A stretch of 64,000 nucleotides of DNA from Heteronotia binoei (Eukaryota): assembly GCF_032191835.1 (NCBI RefSeq), contig NC_083232.1, forward strand, positions 63,922,001 to 63,986,000, written 5' to 3'. This document shows positions 12,092 through 24,910 of the stretch, in pieces (within the stretch, counting starts at the first letter, position 1; the number at the start of each line of letters is the position of its first letter). The notes beneath the pieces were generated by a model. The model saw nothing but the letters and a program-made list of their open reading frames with translations. It was not told the DNA's origin and made no database searches. The position numbers and the translations under genes are program-made.

Positions 12092-14234
12092 TAGGGATGT
12101 GCATTCGGATCGGCCGAACCGTATTTACAGCCGAATCACCACTAATTCGGCTGTATACGGAATAGGCTGCAGCCGATCCCCATAGGCGCCCATTATACGG
12201 CAGCCGAATACGGCTCGCCGTATACTTACGCATGGCTATTCGGAAGTATACGGCTTGCAATTCAAAAGGCGGGAAAGTAGCTTCTGCAGCCTCAAAGGAG
12301 CTGCTTGTCTACTTTCCCGCCTTTAGTTGCTTTTTCCCGCCTCTCCCATAGCCTCCCTGGGATCAGGGAGGAGGGGGAAGAGGAGCCCCAGCAGCCAATC
12401 CAAAGCATGCATTTGCAAAATGCATTGCAAATGCATGCTTTGAAGGGCTTTTTAAGGAGTCTTCCTTCCTGGCTGGACTCCTCCATTGCTGCTGTGTGTG
12501 AGAGATTGTGCTGCTGCTGGCTGGCCCTTGGCTTCAGCTGCTGCCTGCTGCTCTCTCACTCAGCCTTACCAGACTTCCCTGGACTAGAGAAGACAAGGTA
12601 AGACAGTCTTGGGGTTCTTGTTTTTATTTATTGTTGGTAAAAGGACTTTTTAAGACTTAGAGTCCCTTTACTTATCCAGATTTGGGTGGTGGTGGTGGTG
12701 GGGTAGCTTATTTGGGGTTAGGGGGTTAGGAGTTTCTGCTTGGGGAGGGGGCCTGGGGTGGGGGGGGTTTGCCAATTTGCCCATATCTTAATTTAGTGAG
12801 AGGACTTTTAAAAGTGCAGTGTCCTTTTACTTCTCCTGATTTGGGTGGCTTGGATTTCTTGGGGTTAGGGTGAAGGGTTTTTTTGGGGGGGAGGGGTTGG
12901 CAAAGTTCCTGTATTGTTAAAGGTTAATTTTTTTTACTGTTTTAAAAGTATTCAGTGTTTGATTTGTTGCTGCTGTGTTGTGCTGCTGCTGTTACTCTTC
13001 TCTTCGGGTTCTGGGGGGGGGGGAGGTGCTGTTTGGCCTAATTTCCATTGTTTAAAAGGCCACTTTTGTCTCCCTTTTCCTGGCTCTGGTTTTTTTTGGG
13101 GGGGGTGTTGTTGACTGATTTGGCCTGAGCTTTCTTGTTGGTGAAAAGGCCACTTTTTTAACACTTGTCCTTTTGTGATTCTGCTGGTTTTGTTTTAGTT
13201 TTTTTTAATTACCTCTGGTTGGTGTGGGGGTTGGCGAGGGTGTGTGTGGGCTGGGTCACTTTCTTGTTTTTATAGAGTAGATTGTGTGTTCTGTGGCAGG
13301 GAAGCTGGCACCTGGGTGAGAGACCCAGAACCAGCAGGCTTGTTGTGGTTGGCCAGCTCTCCCCGTGTTGTTTGGGGCAGGGCTGGAGAGCTGGCATCTG
13401 TAGATTGTGTGTTCTGTGGCAGGGAAGCTGGCACCTGGGTGAGAGACCCAGAACCAGCAGGCTTGTTGTGGTTGGCCAGCTCTCCCCGTGTTGTTTGGGG
13501 CAGGGCTGGAGAGCTGGCATCTGGGTTTGCTGCAGCCAGGTCTGCAGAGCAGACCTTGAGCAGATTGTGTTTTGTGTGGCAGTGACGTTGGCAACTGGGT
13601 TTATATTGCTTCCAGGCCTGCAGGGTTCATAGAGTAGATAGAGGGATGTAGTGCATTTGGGTCCTATAGAGATTCTCTGATGTGGTTAGGTTTGGCTTTG
13701 GGTGCCCCAGGAATTGGAACCCCTGGTCCAATTTTTTTTGGCCTTGTGGGTTTTGTGTGGGACAATGCCCTGAAGCTGCAGTTTGGGGGGCTCTCCTCAA
13801 AACCCCCTGCTCCCCAGAGCCACTTTTCCCATGACAATTACAGTGAGGAAGTGGCTAATTGGGCTTTCCCCATCATTGTTGGCAATGGGCCTTTTGGGGA
13901 GCCCGAAGACAGGGGCCCCCTGGCCCAATCTTTTTGGGACTTGGGGGGGTTGGAGGGGAGAGTCCCCTGCAGATCCCCTGCAAATTTGGGGGCTCTCCCT
14001 CAAACCCCCTCCCCTCCATGAGGCTTCAAATATACCCTATTTGCCATTGATTTCAATGGCCCATAGGGTATAATAGGGCCGTATATTCGGTAATAGCCGC
14101 GCATCTACCGTATATGCGGCTATTCCAAATGCGGTATTCAGGAGTATATGGGGATTCTGAATCCCCCCCCCCCCCCCGGTATACTTCCGAATCCGTGTAA
14201 AACCGAATTTATTTATTTTTTTTGCACATCCCTA
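12092..14234. mobile_element. hAT non-autonomous element, 2143 bp
   Basis: TIRs TAGGGATGTGCA / TGCACATCCCTA; perfect 8-bp TSD CCCAAGAC (12084-12091, 14235-14242); CpG-rich subterminal CCGAA/CCGTA repeats; no transposase. Confidence 0.92.
13278..13523. repeat. perfect 123-bp tandem duplication inside the hAT element
   Basis: 13278-13400 equals 13401-13523. Confidence 0.95.
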
Positions 14235-14395
14235 CCCAAGACCTGGGCCAGCTGAGTAAATTCCACATCTCCATAGTAGAAACAAGTGCCTCTGGGGCTT
14301 CTTGTGCCACAGAGATTATGTCTTTATTTGATGTGCTAACCTAGAAATGTGAGGTCGATTGGTGGATACTCAGTAGGAAACCACATACTCTCGAT

Positions 14396-14532
14396 TAGGG
14401 GTGGCCAACGGTAGCTCTCCAGATGTTTTTTTGCCTACAACTTCCATCAGCCCCAGCCATTGGCCATGCTGGCTGGGGCTGATGGGAGTTGTAGGCAAAA
14501 AACATCTGGAGAGCTACCGTTGGCCACCTCTG
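14396..14532. mobile_element. 137-bp palindromic hAT-type MITE
   Basis: ~60-bp near-perfect arms around a 10-nt loop; TSD CTCTCGAT/CTCTGGAT (7/8). Confidence 0.9.
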
Positions 14533-14832
14533 CTCTGGATTGATCAACCAATAGACAGACAGGTCAGATTTCCAGACAGGTGCCTGATAAGCAAGGGCTC
14601 AAACTGACTCATAACTAAAATACATATTAGGAAGTTTTGTCTTCTCACAAGCACAGTTACTTCTCTGTCTCCCTCTCTCAAAAGAGGCTCATAAGCTTTG
14701 AGAAAAATATTTGCACACCTGATCCTGCTTAAAATACACACAGCTAAATTTATTGTTTATTATGTATTTGTTTATTTTTATTTTAGCTAATTTATATTCT
14801 ACCCTCCCTGTAAGTGGGCTCAGGGCAGATTA

Positions 14833-15096
14833 AAGGTAAAGGTAGTCCCCTGTGCAAGCACCAGTCGTTTTTGACTCTGGAGTGACGTTGCTTTCAGAAT
14901 GTTTTCACGGCAGACTTTTTACGGGGTGGTTTGCCATTGCCTTGCCCAGTCATCTACACTTTCCCCCCAGCAAGCAGGGTACTCATTTTACCGACCTCGG
15001 AAGGATGGAAGGCTGAGTCAACCTGGAAACGGCTATCTGAACCAGCTTCCGCTGGGATCGAACTCAGGTCGTGAGCAGAGGGCTCCGACTGCAGTA
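14833..15096 (-). mobile_element. Sauria SINE, 5'-truncated, inserted in an L2-type tail fragment
   Basis: ACCTTT-repeat tail; 14-bp TSD CTCAGGGCAGATTA at 14819-14832 and 15097-15110. Confidence 0.9.
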
Positions 15097-15963
15097 CTCA
15101 GGGCAGATTACAACATATAAAATAACACAGTTAAAATAACATTAGTTAAAACATATATATTAAAACAGTTAAAATAAGAATTAAAGAATATTATTTATGC
15201 TCCATTTGAATGCAACCATGTCCAAACTAGTGATTAATACAATGATTAAAATAACTATCTATCTATCTCTATCTGAAACACTATGTTAAACCCAATTTAA
15301 AACACCTCAAGTATAGTGCACACACACACAGAAGTCACAAGAGACTAGGCTGAGCCAAATGCTCTAAGCCAATATTTACAATGTAAAGTTTTCTTGGGGA
15401 AAGAGGCAAAATTTCCCCCCAAAGCCCCATCCTGTTCACCTTGTTTGCCCTTTCTTCATTACCAGTTTGTAGTCCTGGCAGCAAAAGTTCCTTGGAGCTG
15501 CTTGGCACCATTATTATCTCATTCAGCTGTGCCAGAATCAGGGTAGGAAGGTAGCATCACCCTTCCTTTGATCTGACTTCTTGACATCATCATGTAGCCA
15601 GACTTGACTGGCAATATGAGTCATCACGAAGCCAAAGAGACTCAGGGCAGTGCTTGCTGTTCTCACTCGGGCATCATGAAGCTGAAGCAGAAAAAGGCAC
15701 TAAGTTTTGATAAGTGAACAGCATGTTGCCATCCGTAATAGGGCAGGCTTCACCCCATTTGTAGAAACAACCCCTCAAAACTGCTAAAAAGCAGGAATCT
15801 CCTTTCAGCTACAGATAGTATAGCATAATGCAAGGCAGAACAGCTTTCTGCTCAGTCCTATGTGAGAAAGCCACAAATAATTATCTGAAAATAAAAATGA
15901 ACATAGGGCATGGTGAAACAGACAAATTTGGATGTACACCAAATGGTTCACCTATGGAAGAAC

Positions 15964-17962
15964 CCTCTCTCTCGGCTTGACTTCGCGAACGAAGATTTAA
16001 GAAAGGTGCAGTAGTACACGTCTGCTGCAGGCTCGCTGGTGGCTGACAAGACCAATGCGGGACAGGCAGATCCGGCCACAGTGGCTGCAGGGAAAAGTCT
16101 GATTTGGGGTTGGTGCTGTAGCAGTACGATTCTTCCTCAATCTCCTTTTGTCCTCAAGACCAGCTATGCGTGCGTTCTCAAAGGAAGAGACAGCCTGGTG
16201 GATGGTGTGCCTCCATGCTTTGCGATCTGAAGCTAGGTCAAACCACTGGTGATGGTTAATGCAACAGGTACCAAGAGATTTCTTCAAGGAGTCCTTGTAC
16301 CTCTTCTTTGGTGCCCCTCTATTTCGATGGCCGGTGGAAAATTCGCCATACAGGGCAATCTTGAGAAGGTGGTGGTTTTCCATCCTGGAGATATGCCCTG
16401 CCCAGCACAGCTGCGTCTTCAACAACAATGCCTCGATGCTTGTAACCTCCGCCCGCTTGAGGACTTCAGTGTTGGTCACAAAGTCACTCCAGTGGATGTT
16501 GAGGATGGTGCGAAGGCAGCGCTGATGAAAGCGCTCAAGGAGTCGCAGGCGATGACGGTATAAAACCCACGATTCGGAGCCGTAGATGAGGGTTGTCATC
16601 ACAACCGCTTTGTAAACATCGATCTTTGTGCCTTTTTTCAGATGCTTGTTGCTCCACACTCTTTTATGCAGTCGGCCAACTGCACGGTTTGCCTTTGCCA
16701 GTCTATTGTCAATCTCCTTGTCGATCTTGTCGTCTGAGGAGATGATGCACCCCAGGTAGCTGAACTGCTGGACTGTCTTCAAAACTGATTCACCCACAGT
16801 GATGCAAGGAGGGTGATAATCTTCCTGGGGTGCAGGCTGGTGGAGAACTTCTGTCTTCTTCAGACTAACTTCTAGGCCGAATAGCTTGGCAGCCTCTGCA
16901 AAGCAGGACATCATATGCTGCAGAGCTGATACCGAGTGGGAAACAAGTGCAGCATCATCAGCAAACAGTAGCTCTCGGATAAGTTTTTCCATTGTCTTGG
17001 AGTGGGCCTTTAGTCGCCTCAGGTTGAACAGGCTGCCATCGGTGCGATAGCGGATGTAGACACCATCGTCATCATCTAAATCTACTGCAGCTCTTTGAAG
17101 CATCATGCTAAAGAAGATCGTAAAGAGAGTTGGCGCGTAAAGAGAGTTGTTGCTTTATACCTGTGCCTATTGGGAAGGGCTCCGAGAGATCGTTGTAGTG
17201 TCTGACTTGGCCTCGCTGGTCTTCATGTAGCTGGATGACCATACTGAGGAACCTTGGGGGACATCCTAAACGTTCCAAGATTTGCCACAGGCCGTTCCTG
17301 CTAACAGTATCAAAAGCTTTGGTAAGGTCGACAAAAGTCACATATAGACCCACCCTTGTTCTGTTCCCTGCATTTCTCATGGAGCTGCCTGAGAACAAAT
17401 ACCATGTCGGTGGTGCTCCTGTTAGCTCTGAAGCCACACTGGCTCTCTGGGAGGAGTTCTTCTGCAATGGTGGGCACCAGTCTGTTCAGGAGTATTCTAG
17501 CAAGGATTTTGCCTGCGATGGAGAGCAGGGTTATCCCCCGGTAGTTGGAGCAGTCTGACTTTTCCCCTTTGTTCTTATGTAGAGTAATGATGATTGCATT
17601 GCGAAAGTCCTGTGGTAGTTTGCCTTGTTCCCAGCAGGTGACAAGTACTTTGTGAAGTGTACTATGCCCCCATGCTTCCAGATGTCTGGTGGGATTCCAT
17701 CAACTCCCGCTGCCTTGCCACTTTTCAGTTGCTTGATGGCTTTAACAGTCTCTTCTAGGGTGGGGATCTCATCCAACTCTGTTTTCACTGCTTGAAGTGG
17801 GGTGAGGTGGATTGCTGAATCTTGAACTACGCGATTGGCACTGAAGAGAACCTGAAAATACTCCCGGTTCAGTATGGATGCCTTGTCTGTGAGGAGCACT
17901 TGGCCGTCTGCACTACACAAGGGACTCTGAGCCTGATATGATGGACCATATACTGCCTTCAG
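15964..17962 (-). mobile_element. RTE-clade LINE (RTE1/Expander-like rather than BovB), 5'-truncated
   Basis: DLTKAFDTVSR, LLFADDAAL and FSYLG RT motifs; C-terminal CSHC...SRIGLVSH zinc finger; short GA tail. Confidence 0.92.
15997..17106 (-). pseudogene. RTE reverse transcriptase, uninterrupted C-terminal 369 codons; upstream part frameshifted
   Basis: ORF track 369 aa with RT motifs; frameshifts near 17110-17150 and further upstream. Confidence 0.9.
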
Positions 17963-18027
17963 GTGTTGATTACAACACCCAAGGTGTTGATTACAACATC
18001 CAACACTAAAAGTGTTGATTACAACAC
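17963..18027. repeat. three copies of the hairpin GTGTTG-ATTA-CAACAC at the RTE 5' junction
   Basis: Copies start at 17963, 17984 and 18012. Confidence 0.85.
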
Positions 18028-18643
18028 CCAAGGAAGCTCATATGGGAGAAACACATTTATTCAGACAAAGTGCTGGCTGCTGAAGTTAATGGGACTTGTT
18101 TCCTATAAGTATGCTTTAAGTTACATCAACAGACAGACAGGCATATTAGTATTCTGATTATCAGATATCACCTAATAAAAACCCAGCCAGTGGACCTTAC
18201 CTTGTTTTAATTATATCCAAATTATGCATTAGGTGGTAAACAACAGGGTTAAAAAAGGAAATGTGGAATTCTGCTGGCCATACAGAACAAACAAGTCAAC
18301 TTATATGCAAACAACTGGAATGGACATCTGACATTAAAAATGGGAATGTTCAGAAACCAGTCAGACCACTTTTTAATCTTCTATGACACTTGCCTGCTAG
18401 TCACCAGACTTCAATAAAAAAAACCTCAAAAGGAAGCTGAAGTCAACAACTGGTCAACCAGAGATGAATCAGCAAATATATTCAGTTTTAACTGTAGATT
18501 TTCACATAATAGGTGTATAAAAAGTACATATGAGAGTAATTACTATTGTGAATGGATCATTCTTTTGAAATCTTGTATATATAAATTTAGGTAACAAGAC
18601 CATCAGATCCCCCCTCTGTCCCATCTTCAGTTATATTATTTAT

Positions 18644-19198
18644 GAAGATGAAGAAGAAGAGTAGGTTTTTATATCCCACTTTTCTCTACCCAAAAAGCCC
18701 CATGGTGCAGAGTGTTAAAGCTGCGGTCCAAAGTTCTGCTCACAACCTGAGTTCGATCCCCAGCAGAAGTTGGGTTTTCAGGTAGCCGGCTTGAGGTTGA
18801 CTCAGCCTTCCATCCTTCCAAGGTCGGTAAAATGAGTACCCACCTTGCTGGGGGGGAAGTGTAGATGATTGGGGAAGGCAATGGCAAAACCACCCCATAA
18901 AAAGTCTGCCATGAAAACGTGAAAGCAACGTCACCCCAGAGTCAGAAACGACTGGTGCTTGGACAGGGGACCTTTCCTTTCCTTTCTCTACCCAAAGGAG
19001 TCTCAAAGCAGCTTACAATTACCTTCCCTTCTTCTTCCCATAACAGACACCCTGTGAGGTAGGTGGAGCTGGAAGAGCTCTGAGAGAACTGTGACTGACC
19101 CAAGGTCACCCAGCTGGCTTCATGAAGAGGAGAGGGGACAAAATTGGTTCTCTAGGTTAGAGTCCACCACTCTTAACCACTACACCACACTGGCTCTC
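18644..19198 (-). mobile_element. Squam3-like SINE split by a Sauria SINE
   Basis: Tail 18644-18694; body and head 18983-19198. Confidence 0.88.
18695..18982 (+). mobile_element. Sauria SINE, full length, nested in Squam3
   Basis: 14-bp TSD TTTCTCTACCCAAA at 18681-18694 and 18983-18996. Confidence 0.92.
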
Positions 19199-19231
19199 TC
19201 ACTTCTTTTAAACCTCATGTTTCTCCATATG

Positions 19232-19299
19232 GCAACTGCCCTGAGCCAGCCTCGGCGGGGAGGGCAGGATATAAATAAAAATTTATTATTATTATTATT
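19232..19299 (+). mobile_element. L2-type 3' tail fragment
   Basis: CTGCCCTGAGCC...GAGGGCAGGATATAAAT followed by (TAT)n. Confidence 0.7.
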
Positions 19300-19324
19300 A
19301 AAACAGTTTACATCATTTTCCTCC

Positions 19325-19447
19325 ATTTCATTTCACAACAACCCTGAGACTGTATGACTGGCCCAAAGTCACCCAGTGAGTTCCCAAGGCAGAATAGGGA
19401 TTCAAACCTAGGTCTCTTAAACTCTAACCACTATACCACTCTGGCTT
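19325..19447 (-). mobile_element. old MIR-like SINE fragment
   Basis: ACAACCCTG...GGCCCAAAGTCACCCAG...GGATTCAAACC...AACCACTATACCA pattern. Confidence 0.6.
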
Positions 19448-21746
19448 TCAGGAGGTAGCTGCTGTTGAACAGTAGCCTTCAGCCAGGCTTGGGTGAGTCA
19501 TGCAAGTCATATGGTAGCAATTTGTAGGGTGATTGTTGGTGGGCCTGGCCCAACCAGTCTCCCTCAAGAGCCAAAACAGCCCTGAAAGGGCCTTGTACTC
19601 TCCCCTTGTTTTTTTTTACTGACAGAAACCTATACTGGAAGGTTGACAAAACTGTTGTGGTTGCCAAGCAACAGACATTTATATCTTAAAGCTAGAAGTG
19701 CTTGGGGCTTTTCTCAGGTTTGTAGAAAGATCTGTCTTGTCTGTCCATGACCCCATTCTTCAAATTAAAGTAACCACAGATTTGGCCATGACAAAAAATA
19801 GATATATGGCTGTTGACATTCTTAGATTTCAGAAAACATCTGTGCTTCACTTGATATCATTAGCAATTTCTAAAGGGAAGAAGAGAGGCTAGAAAGAGCA
19901 ATGTCTTAACCATCGTTTATCACATTTAATTTCCATCCAGCAGCCAAACTTCTAATAATTTCAGCTTGGTCCCTAACAAAGGATCCTAAAAGAGTCTAAT
20001 AGGCAGAGGAAGTCCATTGACTTCAACAGCCTTAGAAGATTGTAACTTTGTTTTGGATGGCATTGAAAATCATTTATGTGTTTTCAATGAAGAGTTCTTT
20101 CTTCAACTATGTGTGATTTTAGCCCTAAATAAGACTGATCAATTCTGTATAATAAAGGAACCTATTGAGGCCATAAAGAAAGTAGCTTCTGAAGGACAAA
20201 ACATGATACAGTCATTATAGGAACAATACCAAAAATAATTGTATTTCCTTGACCAGTTTATGGGAAGTCCAATTATTCACCATATCTCAACAATTTCATG
20301 TTGTAAGTTTCCTGCATACCAGCCAATAGGAATGTGGAGTGATGGGAAACCTCAGTATATAACAAATACAAGGCAAACACTGAGTCCTTACAAAAATTAC
20401 AGGACACACAGGGACCGCTTTATGGAGGAAGCTATTGTCACTTTGCCTCCTTAAGTCAACTGTTAACATTGGCTCCAATCATATCATTGCATCTTAGACT
20501 AAATCCTGATAGGAGTGGAGAATCAGATTTTGCAGAGATACAGATTTTCCACTATCCTCTGCAGGTGTGCACAGGAGGACTAAATTTTGACAAAATGCTC
20601 AGTTCATCAGCCAACAGTTGCTGCCATAGTACTGAGCATTTCTTTTCCTTTCTAGGGCAGAAGGAAATCTGTGAGAAAGATTTTAAGCATGCACTTTTTT
20701 AAAAAAGGATAATTCTGCCTTCTGCCATTTGCTCAAGGCAAATAATTAGTTTTAGCTTTTCCTTTTTCCTTTACAGGAATTAACAGAATATGATGTTCTG
20801 CATTTGATATGAGAATGAAATAGTCAGTGGCTTAAAAGAAAGGGGATTTTTTTTTTTAAATGTTTTTCCTTTCCTGAGCTATTAAAAGATTGAATCAACG
20901 CTTAATCAAATAGTGGCATCTAAACCTTAGCAAAGTCAATGTTTTTTTTTTCATTTTCAAAACACGTTTATTTCAAAGCATAATGTACAGCTACTACAAT
21001 AATAGGAATAATAATACATTACATATTGTAGCATCAAACATCCTAGTATAAATATACTAGAAGAGTACAAATTATTAATTTAAAAATATTTTAAATATTT
21101 TTATTTAAAATGGTTGGGATCAGTTAGACGTGGCACTTTATATTAAGAGCCTCTTGCATATGGGGAAGGCTCCTATGCTAGAGGAAAGTGCCACCATCAG
21201 GAGAATGGCTACACACATTCCAATCCAAATATAACAACAAGCAAAATTAAAACAAGACATGATTTATTTTTAAAGAATTCTATCCTGCCCTTCTCCCTCA
21301 GATGAAAGGCAGATAAAAATGCATCACCACTTTGCAAGAACACAATCATAACAGTCCAATGAAATCCCCTAAAGTTCAAACACGGATGGACAAATTTGGA
21401 GAGCTTGTAATGGAAAACACAAAGCTCTCCTAACACTAAGCCCAAAAACTATTTGGAAAAAAATATCTGGAGTTAAGTCCATCCTCTACATGGTGCTACC
21501 AGCTACATGCTCCCAGCCTAAAATTCCTTATGGAAGGTAGACAACTGGCCAAAAAGTATATCTCCAAGAAAAGGATCAACCAGGAGGCAGTCCAAGGAAG
21601 ATCAGTGGTGATGAACAGGCCCATAACCAGTAAAAAACTAGAACATCCAAATGGCACTCTAGGCCAGGCATCTATTTATATAGACACATTTGGGATATAT
21701 ATGCATGATACACAAATCTCAGGCATTGTTTCCAGCATGTCATGCC

Positions 21747-22161
21747 CAGGGCCGGCCCTCCCACTAGGCAAACTAGGCGGTTGCCTAGGGCACCAAGAGG
21801 CGGGGGGCGGCAAATTGGGCTCTCGCTCCCCCTCTCTGGTGTCTCAGGCAAGCGCTTTGCTTGCCTCCCTCCCACCTCCCCGCCACAGCCGCTGCTAGCC
21901 CCCTCTGGGCTGCCCCCACCCCCCACTCCGTCCCACCTGCCCCCCCGCACCCTCCCACTCCACTGGCCTGCCCAACGCGGCTAAAAGCTGTGGCACCCCA
22001 CTCGCTTGCTCCCTTCCCCCTGCTCATCGCTGGCTAAAAGTAAGCTTTGCCAGCTTCGCAGCTCACACCTGCATGTTAAAATGCTTGGGGGGGGGAACGC
22101 TTTGGGGGGGTGCCAGGCAGCAAGTCTGCCTAGGGTGCCCCAGGGCGTCGGGTCGGTCCTG
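21747..22161. mobile_element. hAT-type MITE, 415 bp
   Basis: TIRs CAGGGCCGGCCC / GGGTCGGTCCTG; perfect 8-bp TSD GTCATGCC. Confidence 0.88.
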
Positions 22162-22175
22162 GTCATGCCTTCAAC

Positions 22176-23335
22176 CTGAGGTGTCAAACTCATTTGTTCC
22201 AAGGGCCAGATATGACATAAATGCCACTTTGTCAAGCTGGGCTATGTGTGCCATAAAATATGCCAGTTACTGGAGATATAAACTTTATAGAGGACATAGG
22301 CAAACCCAATTAATTGATTTTGAACAGTGAAAGCAATTGATTTACTGGGGATCCCATAAATGTGAACCCAATAAATGTATTTAATCATATATGACTAGTT
22401 TTTTTTTCCAAGGGACACCATAAAAGAGGAGGGGATATGTTACAAATTAGTTACATTTTATAGATATAGCACTTTTAGGAGATTAATAATCTTCCTTGCA
22501 CGTAAATACAGTAATTTTTCAGTGCCCCCCCCCCCAAGTGCCCAGCCTCAGCAGCTGAGTAGGCTACAATCCATCTCTCAGGATCTTGAGAAGGCACTAC
22601 AAATGCCCCCTTCCACCACCTCAACAAAAAACTCTGTGAGGTGGGGAAGCCTGAGTGACCAGCCCTGGGTGACCCAGCAACAGGGTCCTGGATCAGGAAG
22701 AGGGGGGGGGGGCTGAATTTGGCTCTCCTACTCATCCCCCCTCCCAGCACCCACTCTTCCTCTGGGTTCCACAGCTGTTCAGATGTGTAGTGGCAACAGC
22801 TGCATCCTTTATCCCTTCACTCCTTCATTTGCTTCTGAGGCCAGTATGCCTTTCCTTCAGAACATCATGCACAAGACAACCCAGTTGCCTCTCAGTCCAC
22901 AATCTGGCCCTCCTCCTCCTCTCTCCCCATCAGCCCCATCCATTCTTCAGCAAACCACTGCTCCACATGCCTGCTCTCAACAACTCCTGTCATGGTTGTC
23001 ATCTGAAAAATGTAAAGCCAGTTGGTGTAGCAGGGACACTGCCAGCTGTCTAGACCCACCTCCCCATGTAGTGAACTGTAGTCAGAGAAGGTGTGAGGGA
23101 AAAACACCATGTCACCTTTTTTCTCTGCCTTCACTGCCATTCTCCATATTTTACCTCAGCCTCTTAGCCCCACCCCCTAGCCATTTCCATTCTATTTCTT
23201 GACAGTGTTGACTAAATACACCTCAATGCATCTGCCTACTTACCCTCCCCCCGCAGCAGCTTCCTGCCTTCTCTCCCTAGTACCAATTGCTCATAGGCAG
23301 ACAAGAGTCTACAGGCCTTATGTTTGACACCCCTG
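22176..23335. mobile_element. hAT-type non-autonomous element (GGTGTCAAAC TIR), old
   Basis: Ends CTGAGGTGTCAAAC / GTTTGACACCCCTG; TSD CCTTCAAC/CCTTAGAC (6/8); contains a SINE-like insertion near 22560-22690. Confidence 0.6.
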
Positions 23336-23691
23336 CCTTAGACAGTTTTCTGTTTGCATTGTGTCCTAATTTCTGTAATCCTAGTCCTTCTGCATTGTTA
23401 CAAAATGGCTTGTGCTGCCTGATTGAATAGTTCTCTATATTTTGCAACCCATCTTGAGCCTCAGTGAGAAAGATGGGCTATAAATGGGATAGATAAGTAA
23501 GTGCTATTAATTCAATCATGGTATATGTGTGTGAATCATATGTATTTGACTTGCCTGACTGCTTTTGCAATCCAGACTCATTTATTTACATATAATTTTA
23601 GTTCCTGCTTTATGTTTGCAGCACACATTTGAGTCTGGACTGCACTGGCCACACTGCTGTCTGCTGGATCACATTCCAGCCAGAGCTCCAC

Positions 23692-24533
23692 AGTAGTATT
23701 AGGGACATGGCTTTTGTCAAATCAAGATCTGATGAGGAGATAAGTCCCGCCTTCCTGGCTCCCCCTCCGGGCTCTCCCTCCCACCCACCTGGGACTGTCA
23801 GGGGTGGGAGCCATCCCACCCACCCACCCCAGGACCTAGACTTCTGGGAAGAAGGAGGAGGCAAAATAGCTACAGTGGGTTTTTTATTAGGTGAAAAATT
23901 GTTTGGTGCAAGCTTTATTTTTTGGGGGAGCTGTGCTTTTGTACAGGAGGGGTATTGAAAAGTGTGCTTTTGTATATTGTGGGAAAATGTTTGGTGTGCT
24001 TTGAAAACGAGATTCTCCAATTCCCACCTGGAGAATGTTTTGCCAGGAATTCTCTCTTCCTGCAAGCCTCAGTGGTTCCCCCACAAGGAACAGTACTCTT
24101 TTTAAACTTAAAGGCACTAGAATGGAGAGGCTGTAATACAAGCAGCTCCTCTCTTTATAAAACATAGCCATTCCCTTGAAAGAGTTATCTTTTGCAAGGA
24201 ACAGACACCATTTATTTTTTAAAGCCTGCACAAAAACTGAGAGAGAGAGAGGGTGTGTATGTGTGAGAGATACCCATTTCTCCTTCAGCCATAGAATGCT
24301 TCAGAGCCATTTTAAAATACACCATTACACACAGGTTCCTTCAGGATTTTAGCACTTCCCAGGGGAAAAAAACCTTCAGTTTCCTAAAGCAGAGAGTGAC
24401 TGCAAACACAGGCAAGCAGGTTTTGCAAAATGCAACAGTTCCCGTTTTCCCCAGACCCCAGCAAGCAGACACAGAACCCTTGTAAGGTTCACTGTCCTTT
24501 TAAGTTTGCCAACCCCCCCTTTAAGCTCAGCAG

Positions 24534-24592
<59 letters not shown>

Positions 24593-24829
24593 CAATGTGT
24601 TTTTTTATTGTTTCATTCAGAGCTTGTTTTTTGGTTTGATTCCTCAACTTGCAGCTGTTGAAATGGCCCTGGGTCAGCCGTGGTTTTCACAGAGCTTGTC
24701 CTTGAAAGGGCTGCTGCTGTAAAAGCTCTCTCACCCCCACCTGTTTCACAGAGTCTTTGTTGTGCGGGAGGAAGGTAATGGAGACTGTGAGCTGCTCTGA
24801 GACTCTGTGGTGGGCAGAATATAAATCCA

Positions 24830-24910
<81 letters not shown>

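Noticed and set aside
12710-12730. Interstitial telomeric repeat
   Set aside because: Only two imperfect TTAGGG-like units within a G-rich stretch of the hAT element.
13209-14073. Overlapping 96-116 aa ORFs on both strands
   Set aside because: They arise from GC-rich repetitive sequence and the 123-bp duplication inside the hAT element; no transposase or other motifs.
15964-17962. BovB assignment for the RTE element
   Set aside because: The LLFADDAAL motif and C-terminal CxxC..SRIGL..H finger fit RTE1/Expander-like elements better than my recollection of BovB; left at clade level.
20777-20812. Possible terminal exon ELTEYDVLHLI-stop after a good acceptor (TTTTCCTTTACAG)
   Set aside because: Too short to assess and no linked upstream exon was identified.
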